Source: Candidatus Multivoradales bacterium
GTDB lineage: Bacteria; Acidobacteriota; Thermoanaerobaculia; Multivoradales; J023
Length of the DNA stretch: 64,000 bases
Direction: 5' to 3'
Assembly: GCA_965248925.1 (NCBI GenBank)
Contig: CBDFLE010000005.1
Span: forward strand, 1,216,001-1,280,000
Shown here: positions 40,501-47,193 of the stretch, one piece after another
How positions within the stretch are numbered: the first letter of the stretch is position 1
Layout: every line of letters starts with the position of its first letter
Notes under the pieces: model-generated
What the model saw: only the letters and a program-made list of their open reading frames with translations
Database searches by the model: none
Told to the model about the DNA's origin: nothing
Program-made: the position numbers and the translations under genes

Positions 40501-42164
40501 CCGACACCAGCGCCGCAACGATCACCGATCGCATCTACGCTTATGACAATCGCCACCGATTGGTAACTGTCACCGACCAGCTCGACTCCACCCAGACCGT
40601 CACCTACACCCACGATGCCAACGGTAATCAGATCCGTCGAAACCAAACCGGCCAACAAACCCAGCTGACCTACGACACCCGCGATCAGCTCACCCAGGTC
40701 ATCGAAGCCGCAATCATCCAAAGCACCTACGCCTATGACGCCACCGGGCTCAGGGTACAGAAGCTAACTGCAGAAGGCGAAGCTAGATACGTCTACGATC
40801 AGCAGAGCGTACTGACCCGAGAAGACAGCGACGGAATCACCAAATTCAACTACGGCCCCGACCGTCTGCTCTCAGTCGACGATCCAACAGAAGGCCGCGC
40901 CTACTATCTCCACGACACGCTGGGCAGCGTCGTCGGGCTAGTTACTCCTGCCGGCTCCCTGCTCGCCCGATATCGCTGGGATGCCTGGGGCAACAAGCGC
41001 GCCTCCGTCGAAACCCAGGCCAACCCCTTCGGATTTACCGGCCACGAGCACGACGACGAAACCGGGCTGATCTACGCCAAGGCGCGGTTCTATGATCCGG
41101 AGCTGGGGCTGTTCCTGAGCAGCGATCCCGTCGAAGGAGATCTTCAGAATCCGCCGAGTCTGCATCGGTATCTGTATGCCTTCCAGAACCCGACCGTCTA
41201 TACCGATCCCGATGGTAGAGAGCCCCTCGGCCTAGACTTTGCGCCTCTGCTCATTCCCGTCCAGGACGCATACCGCCAATCGCTCGCCGGAGAGCCGCGA
41301 TTCCTGACCAATGCAGAATTCGACGCGCTACCCGACGCCGAGCGAGAGCGCAGCATCGACGAAGAGTTCGATCGGCTCATCAATGGTCGTCCCTCCACGC
41401 CTACCGGCACCACCAGCGAGCAAGCCAAGACCCAAGAATCCGGTATTCGTGCGGCCTTCGACAACTTCTTCATCGACCCGTTCAGAAGGCTTGGCGAATC
41501 CGCTCGGCGCACCATTGAGGGCTTCGAAAAGCTAAGCGACCAGGTCTCTACCCGCGACAACCGCGACGAATTCCAGAAAGCCCAAGCAGCATCCCTTGGA
41601 GAAGCCCACGGCGGTGCAACAATCATCGTAGAAGCCAATGGGCAAGCGGGTGTCGTGGCCGAGAACGCTGCCCAGACGGCCCTCGATGCCGAAGAGGCGG
41701 TGGGGCGTCTTGGCATGGCTGGAATCTTCAAAGGCCTTGGGAGACAGCTCTTGAAGAATGGAGTGCGGGAGGGGGCGGAGGAGGGCGCCGAGACTACGGC
41801 AAGGGGAGTAAGGAGCGAAGCTCGTCGACGAGGAGAGCGGTTTGGGAAAAAGTGGAAGCCTAGAGAAGTTGTAGACTGTCCTGCCGGATGCGAAGCCGCT
41901 GCAGTCCAGATTCAAGGCCATGTTGGAGGGAAGGTTGCACGGATCAGGCCCGCAGAAGTTGTCCCGGGAGTCCGCCCACCGACACTTGGCGGCTACAGAA
42001 ACGTTAACCACGGGTGGTCACACCACGAGGTCGTTGTCAAGGAGGGCAGAGTGTACGACGCGTTCACAGGCCACGGAGGTTTGCCGATAGAGGAATACAA
42101 ATCCCAGTGGCAACACACTGCTGTCCCGTTAACTTCCGACGATTACCAGTTGTCTTTCGTCTAG
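31506..42164 (+). CDS. Giant Rhs/YD polymorphic toxin 2 (paralogue of 18922-29640) with a papain-fold-like C-terminal toxin; last codons replaced by IS4 sequence
   Basis: Same architecture as toxin 1; DPDG at 41205-41216; C-terminal GCEAAA...HHEVVVKEGRVYDAFTG (Cys-His-Asp); native end QHQDAIDFGF* lies at 43393-43425. Confidence 0.92.
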   Translation: MNCPTTRPRFARSFRRWLTSAGILLLASAVLATEPPAETSRTALETRILDQLARGRSIEGPLASWRSTRPVSTEESPTKTAPTSLNEALVELRQALPSKAKSRLDTSALTAAWESFQAWDLLQGDRFERTAARLDAAGLSGEPRARLEQVRGDWQEFHDRLKTLLAEPLASLRTAQRTEQPALAPALNAAAKAAAELLDTYPATLDRPVLRATSLPYRQLRLPARLPVTEPAIVPSYLDLADPGSTPADLEPSGAAPLADEILLQAEELGYDYVAIYEFVRHQIATEWYAGSMKGALGTLRQGAGNDADQASLLIALYRASGAAARYVGGVIELPLPWLNTQLGLDDGTAVADYLARAGIAHRPVIRGGRIAAFEVEHTWVSAHVPYSNYRGSVVDFSGRSWIPLTPALEPVERQPSTEVLAAMGFTANDFVTEMLSAAQLETPLSLLRQRVEQYLLDTDGGTYAEQLGSVTSTGQPLGLLPNGFYHPVLAVTFEDSELPASARHRLRLIARGETTAGSPAILDHQLDLHQALGRRLTLSYAPATSDDHLIINLWGGLAEVPPFLVRLRPQLYIDGRRIAVGEPVDAAKLHRFEAVVEGPFGSQEISQIVLSGAYHAIAVGGQHFQAVELADNDPGDGEQLAARLLSGLAYSYGADWDAAETEIGGLLAVSPARPLPALVIASNSLRAELLLGVPQRLIWEGVTLDAALRVAEPAARDGSTETAADWMRLAALEGSALEQAIFEGQFQVAAISADRGLALARDSGIEVLRLDAGNLTAELPSLNHPQTVRDDVVALIAQGLTVEIPRQPISVSAWTGSTWRAEDPESGTAGYFLSGGLAGGATVEAPENWLLGFLADALAAPMSDSPNTDPLAGVELLVAEGTDSQLGTVDRVYRHPLAVRVLDAAGRPVQGTEVTFYIWAGDGRLLDTQNQESTSLTLRSDARGMARVKLRSGKHTAANPLFLRRFDSDIFQTRVLENVVEAVASSRLGNLVLRQPISSVAFPQDPAALRRTNRDDNQGTDLTVLHGLWQDTLAIAVEDPHGNPVANQDVAFTNTVFVAPGITCTNAPPDPTPGAFFDASIDSITGGFTGCPVTTPRFGDCGSSDLTLRTTSSGQVSAGFIAGPSAITSYPATVSSAALPPLSYEYSISFINNTGLNHDHCGPLAQRFVRTFGFFADAAGQPSSAVRAGQVYDPPVGLEALEWVPECQGIGIADPSPGGPLFFLVCNELRGEWRPAYFYQDNTHPLAVELLPAGTTTPPQIDNLLGRLESRLQAGLDPALHTARVLLPVLPKSPYLDDFNGEVTVLETPEDYLAVGLLDIALGLIANIDQEIGSLWGVQAQITSFEPPVVPLDDDGLAAEPVAVSYQIAPAEYQPTSAFVELLRDGQQVDLLRGQSIAGEGLAELPRGLELGLDGLWQAELVLNLDTPIEVRGDPVPVPLGQQLFADYSRALAVRQDVDLLNQRRCAQPTLFSFELNRPAEVTLIARRIESVETDGSLNTAAAITLIEAEMFADGEHGEPISPTDLPPGDYLIELRGIDAVDGYEEVREVRLSSDWDISEILPIGHTLVHGVDLFDGHLTISRTDLEIPGRGIGLALRRTYSSLAVSSGGPFGLGWNHRYQSRVVITPCGEAILIGGEGSGLRFVDDGQGGLRPLRGSHGTLRADPADGGFDFFTTSGNRFHYLFSEDSTWHLAWTEDPNGNRTTLTYIAGADGPLLRQVTDSSGRALVFDYRQARFAAWDGPVIEHITGPGGLAMSFDYDRFGNLITAQRDNQSRIERYTYQTQPNAGLELRPVMTSTTNGLSGASTHYTWQSGAVAIEAGLAIDALLVDSITHPEGGVTTFDFDQQLLGNAATLELETTVTDRRQRATTYRLNRYGSPVVIADPLGHTTRKTWTPDDVLMLSRTDQNGVVTSFEYDQHGNRTTERVQVTDETGTLVTRERLSTYFSPSAFIAEGIKNHLKSHTDGRGHTTQFEYDAQGNLTRQHITVIDAEGAASTVESRHTYYSNGDRRTTTDARSHASTFTWDTFGNPATVRDRENGLTTFAFDSRGRQLSQTDPNSHTTRLAYDDLDRLILRTLADGSVEQIQHDDIARTRTQIDPRGHATRTSFDLEGRPIEIVNAEGGQQQMEYDPEGNLTLESTVFDATTLRHNTLLVYDDAGRLIRREQPEGRTTDRELDPAGNVLRQTLADRGDPSFTPRVTETDYDRLNRPIETRRLLDAGFIAGQIAFDLENNPVHSTDPLGRVTTITFDALDREIERTEPEWKAGTPRVSQRFWDGNGNLIKTVLFNEPENQIRETTYDRLNRPIRQLDATGELRTMEYDPAGNLTVKIDRRGHRTEHQYDERNRRIKTTVKLAAGNAITEFTFDPSSNLIEQLQPNQNRITHTYDPLNRRLTSNDREGQLSQTGYDARSVPIRQEDANGNVTLSQFDGLGRMIRQDLPEDRTVLQTYDVAGNRLATTNPRGHATTARFDTLDRQTEELSSAPFNYLRQMTWDDSGNLLSETDRRGNTTEFTYDDLNRRITRLEPPVLVDGSEIRYQTTWTHDAAGNQLTEIDPRGVLTEDRWDAENRRTDTLRANLLIEQVEFDAAGNRAKVWDANRNLSQFDYEERQLLSTERRPLGATTTFTRDSMGDVVRRVDPAGSITESTFDFRRRQLTNTRFGEGNRSETTTFPYDFQGNRIGKLRPEGNAWTYRFDDAHRLTEVEDPDGDITTYQLDQNGNLITQIDAAGQPTTFSWDELDRRTSITRADGATETFTFDESSNLKQHRDAKNQIFTRTYDSLNREIALQYPEDPTTDDDLEQITTTWDANGNRLRTAENFAQSGILTTTQTWDEFDRLATRTDRWGNTLTHGYDFNGNRRLLIDPAGIPTTSTFDALNRVDAVGTPGGATTYQYLANGLLSQIDYPSGTTSTWEYDPANRIKTIDHRQVTDLISSFQYQYDRNSNRTKQIETHTGQPAATTTYAFDLADRLSVFTYPEKTVATTYDAVGNRTTEVAADTSAATITDRIYAYDNRHRLVTVTDQLDSTQTVTYTHDANGNQIRRNQTGQQTQLTYDTRDQLTQVIEAAIIQSTYAYDATGLRVQKLTAEGEARYVYDQQSVLTREDSDGITKFNYGPDRLLSVDDPTEGRAYYLHDTLGSVVGLVTPAGSLLARYRWDAWGNKRASVETQANPFGFTGHEHDDETGLIYAKARFYDPELGLFLSSDPVEGDLQNPPSLHRYLYAFQNPTVYTDPDGREPLGLDFAPLLIPVQDAYRQSLAGEPRFLTNAEFDALPDAERERSIDEEFDRLINGRPSTPTGTTSEQAKTQESGIRAAFDNFFIDPFRRLGESARRTIEGFEKLSDQVSTRDNRDEFQKAQAASLGEAHGGATIIVEANGQAGVVAENAAQTALDAEEAVGRLGMAGIFKGLGRQLLKNGVREGAEEGAETTARGVRSEARRRGERFGKKWKPREVVDCPAGCEAAAVQIQGHVGGKVARIRPAEVVPGVRPPTLGGYRNVNHGWSHHEVVVKEGRVYDAFTGHGGLPIEEYKSQWQHTAVPLTSDDYQLSFV

Positions 42165-43388
42165 TCCTGGGATCGGCGGCGGCTCTCGTTTCAAGAGGGC
42201 CATGAGGTCGCGGCGCTCAAAGAGGTTCAATTGAAGGAGGCGCAAGGCCTCCCGTAAACTACTGGAAAGACGGTGCTTGTGCTTGATGAAAGCGAGCAAT
42301 AGGTAGACGCACATGGCGATCCAAAGCTGAGTCAGCACGGCGTTGCGGCTGGTGCCGACGAAAGTCTTGATCTTCAGATTCTGCTTGATCCACTTGAAGA
42401 AGAGTTCAATTTGCCAACGTTCGTGGTAGATATCGGCAATGGTCTGAGGTAACAGGCGGAACAGGTTCGTCAAGAAATAGTAGATCTTGCCGGTCTCAGG
42501 GTCGCGATAGCCTACTCTCCGCAGAGGCATCGGGCAGTCACGACACGCCTTCACACCGGTCCATTCGATCGTTTGGTCGCTCATCAAACCCTTGGAACGA
42601 TTGACTCTTCGACGTTCGGTCACGCGGTACTTGGCCCCGCGCTTCAGACGGGTCACAAAGAAAAGACCCTTCTCGCTCAGCTGACGAAACCAGCTGTAGC
42701 TGTTGTAACCACGATCACAAGCTACGATGCTTCCTCGTGGCAGCGTCAGGCTCTTGCAGCCCGCGATGTCACCTGTTTTTCCATCCGAGATCGCAACGAA
42801 GGCAGGCAAGTAGCCACCGTGATCCAACCCCACATGCAGCTTGATCGCTCCCTTGGTCGTACGAAACTTCGCCCACGGGAATATCGACAGACAAAGGTCT
42901 ATCACCGAGGCGTCAAGCGAGAACAAGCGGTTCTTGAACCGGAACGTATGCTTGGGCGCCACTGCTTGAGCACGGCCCAGAAGTCTCCCAAATAGCTCTT
43001 CAAAAAGGAGATAGGGCTTCTCTTCGTTGATCCGTGCCAAGTTGGATCGCGACAGGACTCGGCAGCCGAGATGGTAGAGCTTGTGCCGCTGCGCTCGTAG
43101 ATTGTCAACGATGTCGCGCAAGCTAGAACGCCCGGACAGCTGGGCCATCATCAGAGCCACCAGCTGCGACCAGCGGCTCGCAGTGCGGAACTGGCGACCG
43201 GCGTGGTGGCGTTTTGCGAGGGCCTCGAATTCATGTCTCGAAATCAGTTGCAGTAGCTGGGCGAAGACGGTGCTATGATGTGCCAAGGCTCAGATCTCCC
43301 TTTGATTCAGCCGTTTAGCGATGACTGATTCTATCAAGACCAGGGAGGTTTGAGCCTATTTTTCTGCGAAGTTAACGGGACAGCAGTG
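42116..43388 (-). mobile_element. IS4-family insertion sequence
   Basis: Perfect 20-bp terminal inverted repeats CACTGCTGTCCCGTTAACTT; 9-bp target duplication GTGGCAACA at 42107-42115 and 43389-43397. Confidence 0.95.
42129..43286 (-). CDS. IS4-family DDE transposase (DUF4372 plus DDE_Tnp_1)
   Basis: SLDASVI, ACDRGY, YHERWQIELFFKWIKQNL (YREK-type motif). Confidence 0.95.
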   Translation of the reverse strand: MAHHSTVFAQLLQLISRHEFEALAKRHHAGRQFRTASRWSQLVALMMAQLSGRSSLRDIVDNLRAQRHKLYHLGCRVLSRSNLARINEEKPYLLFEELFGRLLGRAQAVAPKHTFRFKNRLFSLDASVIDLCLSIFPWAKFRTTKGAIKLHVGLDHGGYLPAFVAISDGKTGDIAGCKSLTLPRGSIVACDRGYNSYSWFRQLSEKGLFFVTRLKRGAKYRVTERRRVNRSKGLMSDQTIEWTGVKACRDCPMPLRRVGYRDPETGKIYYFLTNLFRLLPQTIADIYHERWQIELFFKWIKQNLKIKTFVGTSRNAVLTQLWIAMCVYLLLAFIKHKHRLSSSLREALRLLQLNLFERRDLMALLKREPPPIPGLDERQLVIVGS

Positions 43389-43426
43389 GTGGCAACATCA
43401 AGATGCAATAGACTTTGGTTTTTAAA

Positions 43427-43789
43427 ATGAAGTACGAGAAAACCACTGACAGAATGACGTTCCTGAGATTCGTCAAGAGTCTGCATAGATATACAGGAAT
43501 GTATGTACCTAGCGAAGACTATTCCGGTGTTTCGTCAGCCATCTTGGGGTACGACTTAGCCTCCGGAAATAGCGTGATGGAAGTCTTCAAGGATTGGTTG
43601 GTAGCAAAGCATTCAGCCCCATCAAGTCTAAGTTGGATGTCGGCAGTTCTTCACTTATCTGGACTCCCGATGCAGTCGGGAAATACTCTCACAAGAGACG
43701 AGCAAAACCGCGCCATATCGAAGTTGTTCCAACTACTTTTCGAACATTTAGAAGGGCAAGAGTGCCCCCCCGAGAGGGATGGCAAATGA
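43427..43789 (+). CDS. Putative immunity protein for toxin 2
   Basis: ATG 1 nt after the reconstructed native toxin stop (TAA 43423-43425); low GC; MYVP...ILGYD...FKDWL...LSW pattern. Confidence 0.7.
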   Translation: MKYEKTTDRMTFLRFVKSLHRYTGMYVPSEDYSGVSSAILGYDLASGNSVMEVFKDWLVAKHSAPSSLSWMSAVLHLSGLPMQSGNTLTRDEQNRAISKLFQLLFEHLEGQECPPERDGK

Positions 43790-43840
43790 ACAGCAAACTG
43801 GTGAAAGAGCCTCTGCTTGGTGGTTTTCAACCATCTAGAA

Positions 43841-45115
43841 CCTGTGCATCGCCAATAAAATACCGACCTGTTTTCTCAACGACTTACAGCCCATAGGCCG
43901 AAACGCATACATCTTGCTTGACGGAGCCCGTCAGGGCATGATCGGCCCATGATCCGAGCTTCCTTGGCTTCCCTCGCTTCCCTATTCCGATCCCGATCTG
44001 ATCCTCGAGAACGCCGCTCTTCGCCAACAGCTCGCGGTTCTTCAGGGCCAGAAGCCGCGCCGCAGAATGCCGACGCTCGGTCGACTCTTCTGGGTCGCTC
44101 GTCGCCGTTTCTGGCCGAGATGCGTGATGCTCTGATTCTGGTGAAGCCCGAGACGGTCGTCCGATGGCATCGGCTCGGCTTCCGTGCCTACTGGACATGG
44201 AAGTCCAAGAAGCGCCGGCCAGGTCGACCGAGGATTGATCCAGAGCTGCGGAAGATCATCCGTCGAATGGCGAACGAGAACCCGACGTGGGGCGCGCCAA
44301 GGGTACACGCAGAGCTTCGGCTACTCGGATTCGATGTCGCTGAAAGGACGGTCTTGCGGTACCTACCGAAGCCGGCCAACCCCGACGCTGTTCGTCGCTG
44401 GATGGTCTTCCTCCGACAGCACCGTAAGGCTCTGGTCGGTATGGACTTCTTCGTGGTCAACACCTTGACGTTTCGGCTGCTTCACGTCCTTTTCATCATC
44501 CACCACGACCGCCGACGAATCGTCCATTAGGCTGTAACCAGATCGCCGAATCTGGACTGGGTTCGGCAGCAATTGCGGCACGCCTTTCCCTACGACACGG
44601 CGCAGGGATTCTTGGTCCTCGATCGTGATCCTCGCTTCTGTTCAGCCATCCTGGACTTCATCAAGGACATTGGTACCAAACCGGTCCGAATTTCGCCTCG
44701 CAGTCCCTGGCAGAATGGAGCCGCGCAGCGATGGGTAGGATCTGTACGTCGAGAGCCCCTCCGCCATGTCATCGTCCTCAACGAAGACCATCTTCGGCGA
44801 CTGCTTGCTGGCTACGTCGCCTACCATCACGATGATCGACCGCACCTTGCTCTCGGAAAGGACTCACCGGCCGGCAGAGAGGTGGAGCGCCCACAAGGCG
44901 AGGGTGCCAAGGTCGTCGCGTTCCCGAGGTGCGATGGGTTGCACCATCGCTATCGTTGGGCTGCAACAGCCTGACTTCCCTGCTCCTTCACAACCCGGTC
45001 CTGCCTCGCCCTTCGAACTCGCGGAGAACTGCGTTCGCCTAAATCGTCGGTGGAGGCGCCATCAGGTAGAATCTCGGCGAAGATCGGGCCGGATTGGGTT
45101 TTGGCGAGGGACAGG
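43841..45115 (+). mobile_element. rve/integrase-core (IS3/IS481-related) element, decayed copy 1
   Basis: Ends CCTGTGCATCGCCAA and TTGGCGAGGGACAGG with GAA on both flanks; transposase 43949-44974 has an early frameshift and TAG at 44528 where copy 2 has TGG. Confidence 0.85.
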
Positions 45116-45275
45116 GAACAGGCTCGTTCATGGGGCTACCCTGCCACGTCAGCGGCCAAGTTGACAGTACCCTTTGCCGCCACCAGGCGCTTCCGTCAAG
45201 CAACTACCCTCTGTGCCAATGTAAGTGAGACACTCCCGTACCGATAAATTAGTGAGGGCGTGGAGAGCAAACACC

Positions 45276-45689
45276 ATGGCGAGTCCAAGCCACGAGCTGC
45301 GAGATATGAGTGCTGACCGACCAGATCCCGAGGTAACTGAGAAGGCGAAGCGGCGGCGGTACAGCGCGTCGTACAAGCTGAGCATCGTCCAGGCCGCCGA
45401 CGCCTGTAGCAAAGCCGGCGAGATTGGCGCCCTGCTTCGCCGGGAGGGTCTGTATTCCTCACTCCTATCGAAGTGGCGCCAGCAACGCGATGCCAGTGCT
45501 CTGGCCGGTTTGTCGAAGAAGCGTGGTCGCAAGCGTCGACCGGAATCTGCTGAGGCCCGCCGGGTCGCGGAGCTTGAGCGTGAGAATGCTCGGCTCAAGC
45601 ATCAGCTGTACAAAGCCGAGACGATCATCGATGTCCAAAAAAAACTTTCCCGGCTGCTAGGGATCGAGCCGAGCGAGAGCCAGCCATGA
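45276..45689 (+). CDS. IS3 transposase OrfA
   Basis: RRRYSASYKLSIV...GALLRREGLYSSLLSKWR HTH followed by a coiled coil; start uncertain. Confidence 0.88.
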   Translation: MASPSHELRDMSADRPDPEVTEKAKRRRYSASYKLSIVQAADACSKAGEIGALLRREGLYSSLLSKWRQQRDASALAGLSKKRGRKRRPESAEARRVAELERENARLKHQLYKAETIIDVQKKLSRLLGIEPSESQP

Positions 45690-46807
45690 GCGCTGTGGCG
45701 CCGCTGGCCGAGACGGTGGGGGTGCAAGCAGCCTGCGTCGCCTTGGCGGTCCCCAGAGCCACTTTTTATCGCCGCCGTCGGCAGCAGAGCGCAGGGCCGC
45801 AGCTATCAACGCGGCCTCGACCGCCGCTGGCATTGACGCCCGCTGAACGCCAGGAGGTCCTCGATGTGTTGCACTCGGAGCGCTTCGTCGACCGCTCGCC
45901 GCGTCAAGTCTGGGCGGCGCTGCTGGACGAGGATCAGCGCCATATCTGCTCGGTGCGCACCATGTACCGGGTCCTGGAGTCTGAGGGCGAGCTGCGCGAG
46001 CGACGCCGTCAGCGGCGTCATCCCAACTACACCAAGCCCGAACTGCTGGCCACAGGGCCGAACGAGGTGTGGTCGTGGGACATCACCAAGCTCAAGGGCC
46101 CGGTGAAGTGGACCCACTACTACCTTTACGTAATTCTGGACGTCTTCAGCCGCTACATCGTCGGCTGGATGCTCGCCTCCCGCGAGTCCGGAGGACTCGC
46201 CAAGCGGTTGATCGCCGACAGTGTTGAGAAGCAAGGTGTTGAGCGAGATCGACTTACCTTGCACTCGGACCGCGGTTCGAGCATGACATCCAAGCCAGTG
46301 GCTCTACTGCTGGCCGATCTCGGGATGACACGGTCGCTGAACCGGCCCTACACGAGCAACGACAATCCGTTCTCTGAGGCCCAGTTCAAGACGCTCAAGT
46401 ACCATCCGAGCTTTCCCGACCGCTTCGGATCACTGGAAGATGCACGAGCGTTCTGCCGCTCGTTCCTCGGCTGGTACAACACGCAGCACTACCACACAGG
46501 ACTCGGTTTGTTGACGCCAGAGACCGTCCACTACGGCCTCACGGCCTCAGTGCTGGAGCAACGTCGAGAAGTCCTCGCCGCCGCCTCAGCCGCTCATCCA
46601 AGCCGCTTCAAGCGGCGAACGCCGGCTTTGCCGGAGCCCAGTGGCGAGGTCTGGATCAACCCGCCGATCACCACCACCAGCACTGACCCAGCCGATACCG
46701 AGAACGAGGTGACACACCGCGTAGACGACGACGCACCAGGCGAGACACCTGCCTGCGCGCCCTCGTTGAAAGCGATGGTGCCGGAGCCACTACCGATTCC
46801 GTACTAA
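45686..46807 (+). CDS. IS3 transposase OrfB (DDE)
   Basis: WSWDITKL, LHSDRG, DNPFSEAQFKTLK. Confidence 0.93.
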   Translation: MSAVAPLAETVGVQAACVALAVPRATFYRRRRQQSAGPQLSTRPRPPLALTPAERQEVLDVLHSERFVDRSPRQVWAALLDEDQRHICSVRTMYRVLESEGELRERRRQRRHPNYTKPELLATGPNEVWSWDITKLKGPVKWTHYYLYVILDVFSRYIVGWMLASRESGGLAKRLIADSVEKQGVERDRLTLHSDRGSSMTSKPVALLLADLGMTRSLNRPYTSNDNPFSEAQFKTLKYHPSFPDRFGSLEDARAFCRSFLGWYNTQHYHTGLGLLTPETVHYGLTASVLEQRREVLAAASAAHPSRFKRRTPALPEPSGEVWINPPITTTSTDPADTENEVTHRVDDDAPGETPACAPSLKAMVPEPLPIPY

Positions 46808-47193
46808 TTCCCAGAAGAAAGTGTCTCATTCTCATTGACACATTCCGCTACTCGCCAAGGCCGCTTGATTTCAGCGAGACACGCGAAGGATTTCGGAAGT
46901 AGAGGGTTGACCCCTTCGCGCACTTTTCTCCTGAAATGCGGACTCGCCATGCCGATATGAGGCCTTAGCATTTTAATATGATAACAATTCACCCCCTGGC
47001 AAAGCTCCAATAGGTCGCGACTAAGTCCTTTCCAATCAATTACTTGCGGTCCTGAGCAATCAAGGTGGCATCACAATTGCTTTTCAAAGATTCATCGCAC
47101 TCCCCCATATGGAGTTCTAGACAGGCGGTCCTAGGGGTACTTGTCCCAGGCCTCCTGAAGCTCTCCGAATGATCGGCACAATGGAGAAGGCAA

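Larger units (their letters stand above)
45207..46847 (+). mobile_element. IS3-family element, copy 1 (1641 bp)
   Basis: orfA/orfB with an A8 slippery run; imperfect inverted repeats; CTA on both flanks; near-identical to 57441-59081. Confidence 0.92.

Noticed and set aside
18922-43789. Type VI secretion locus
   Set aside because: No PAAR, VgrG, Hcp, Eag or tss gene recognised in the window, and both proteins begin with signal-peptide-like segments
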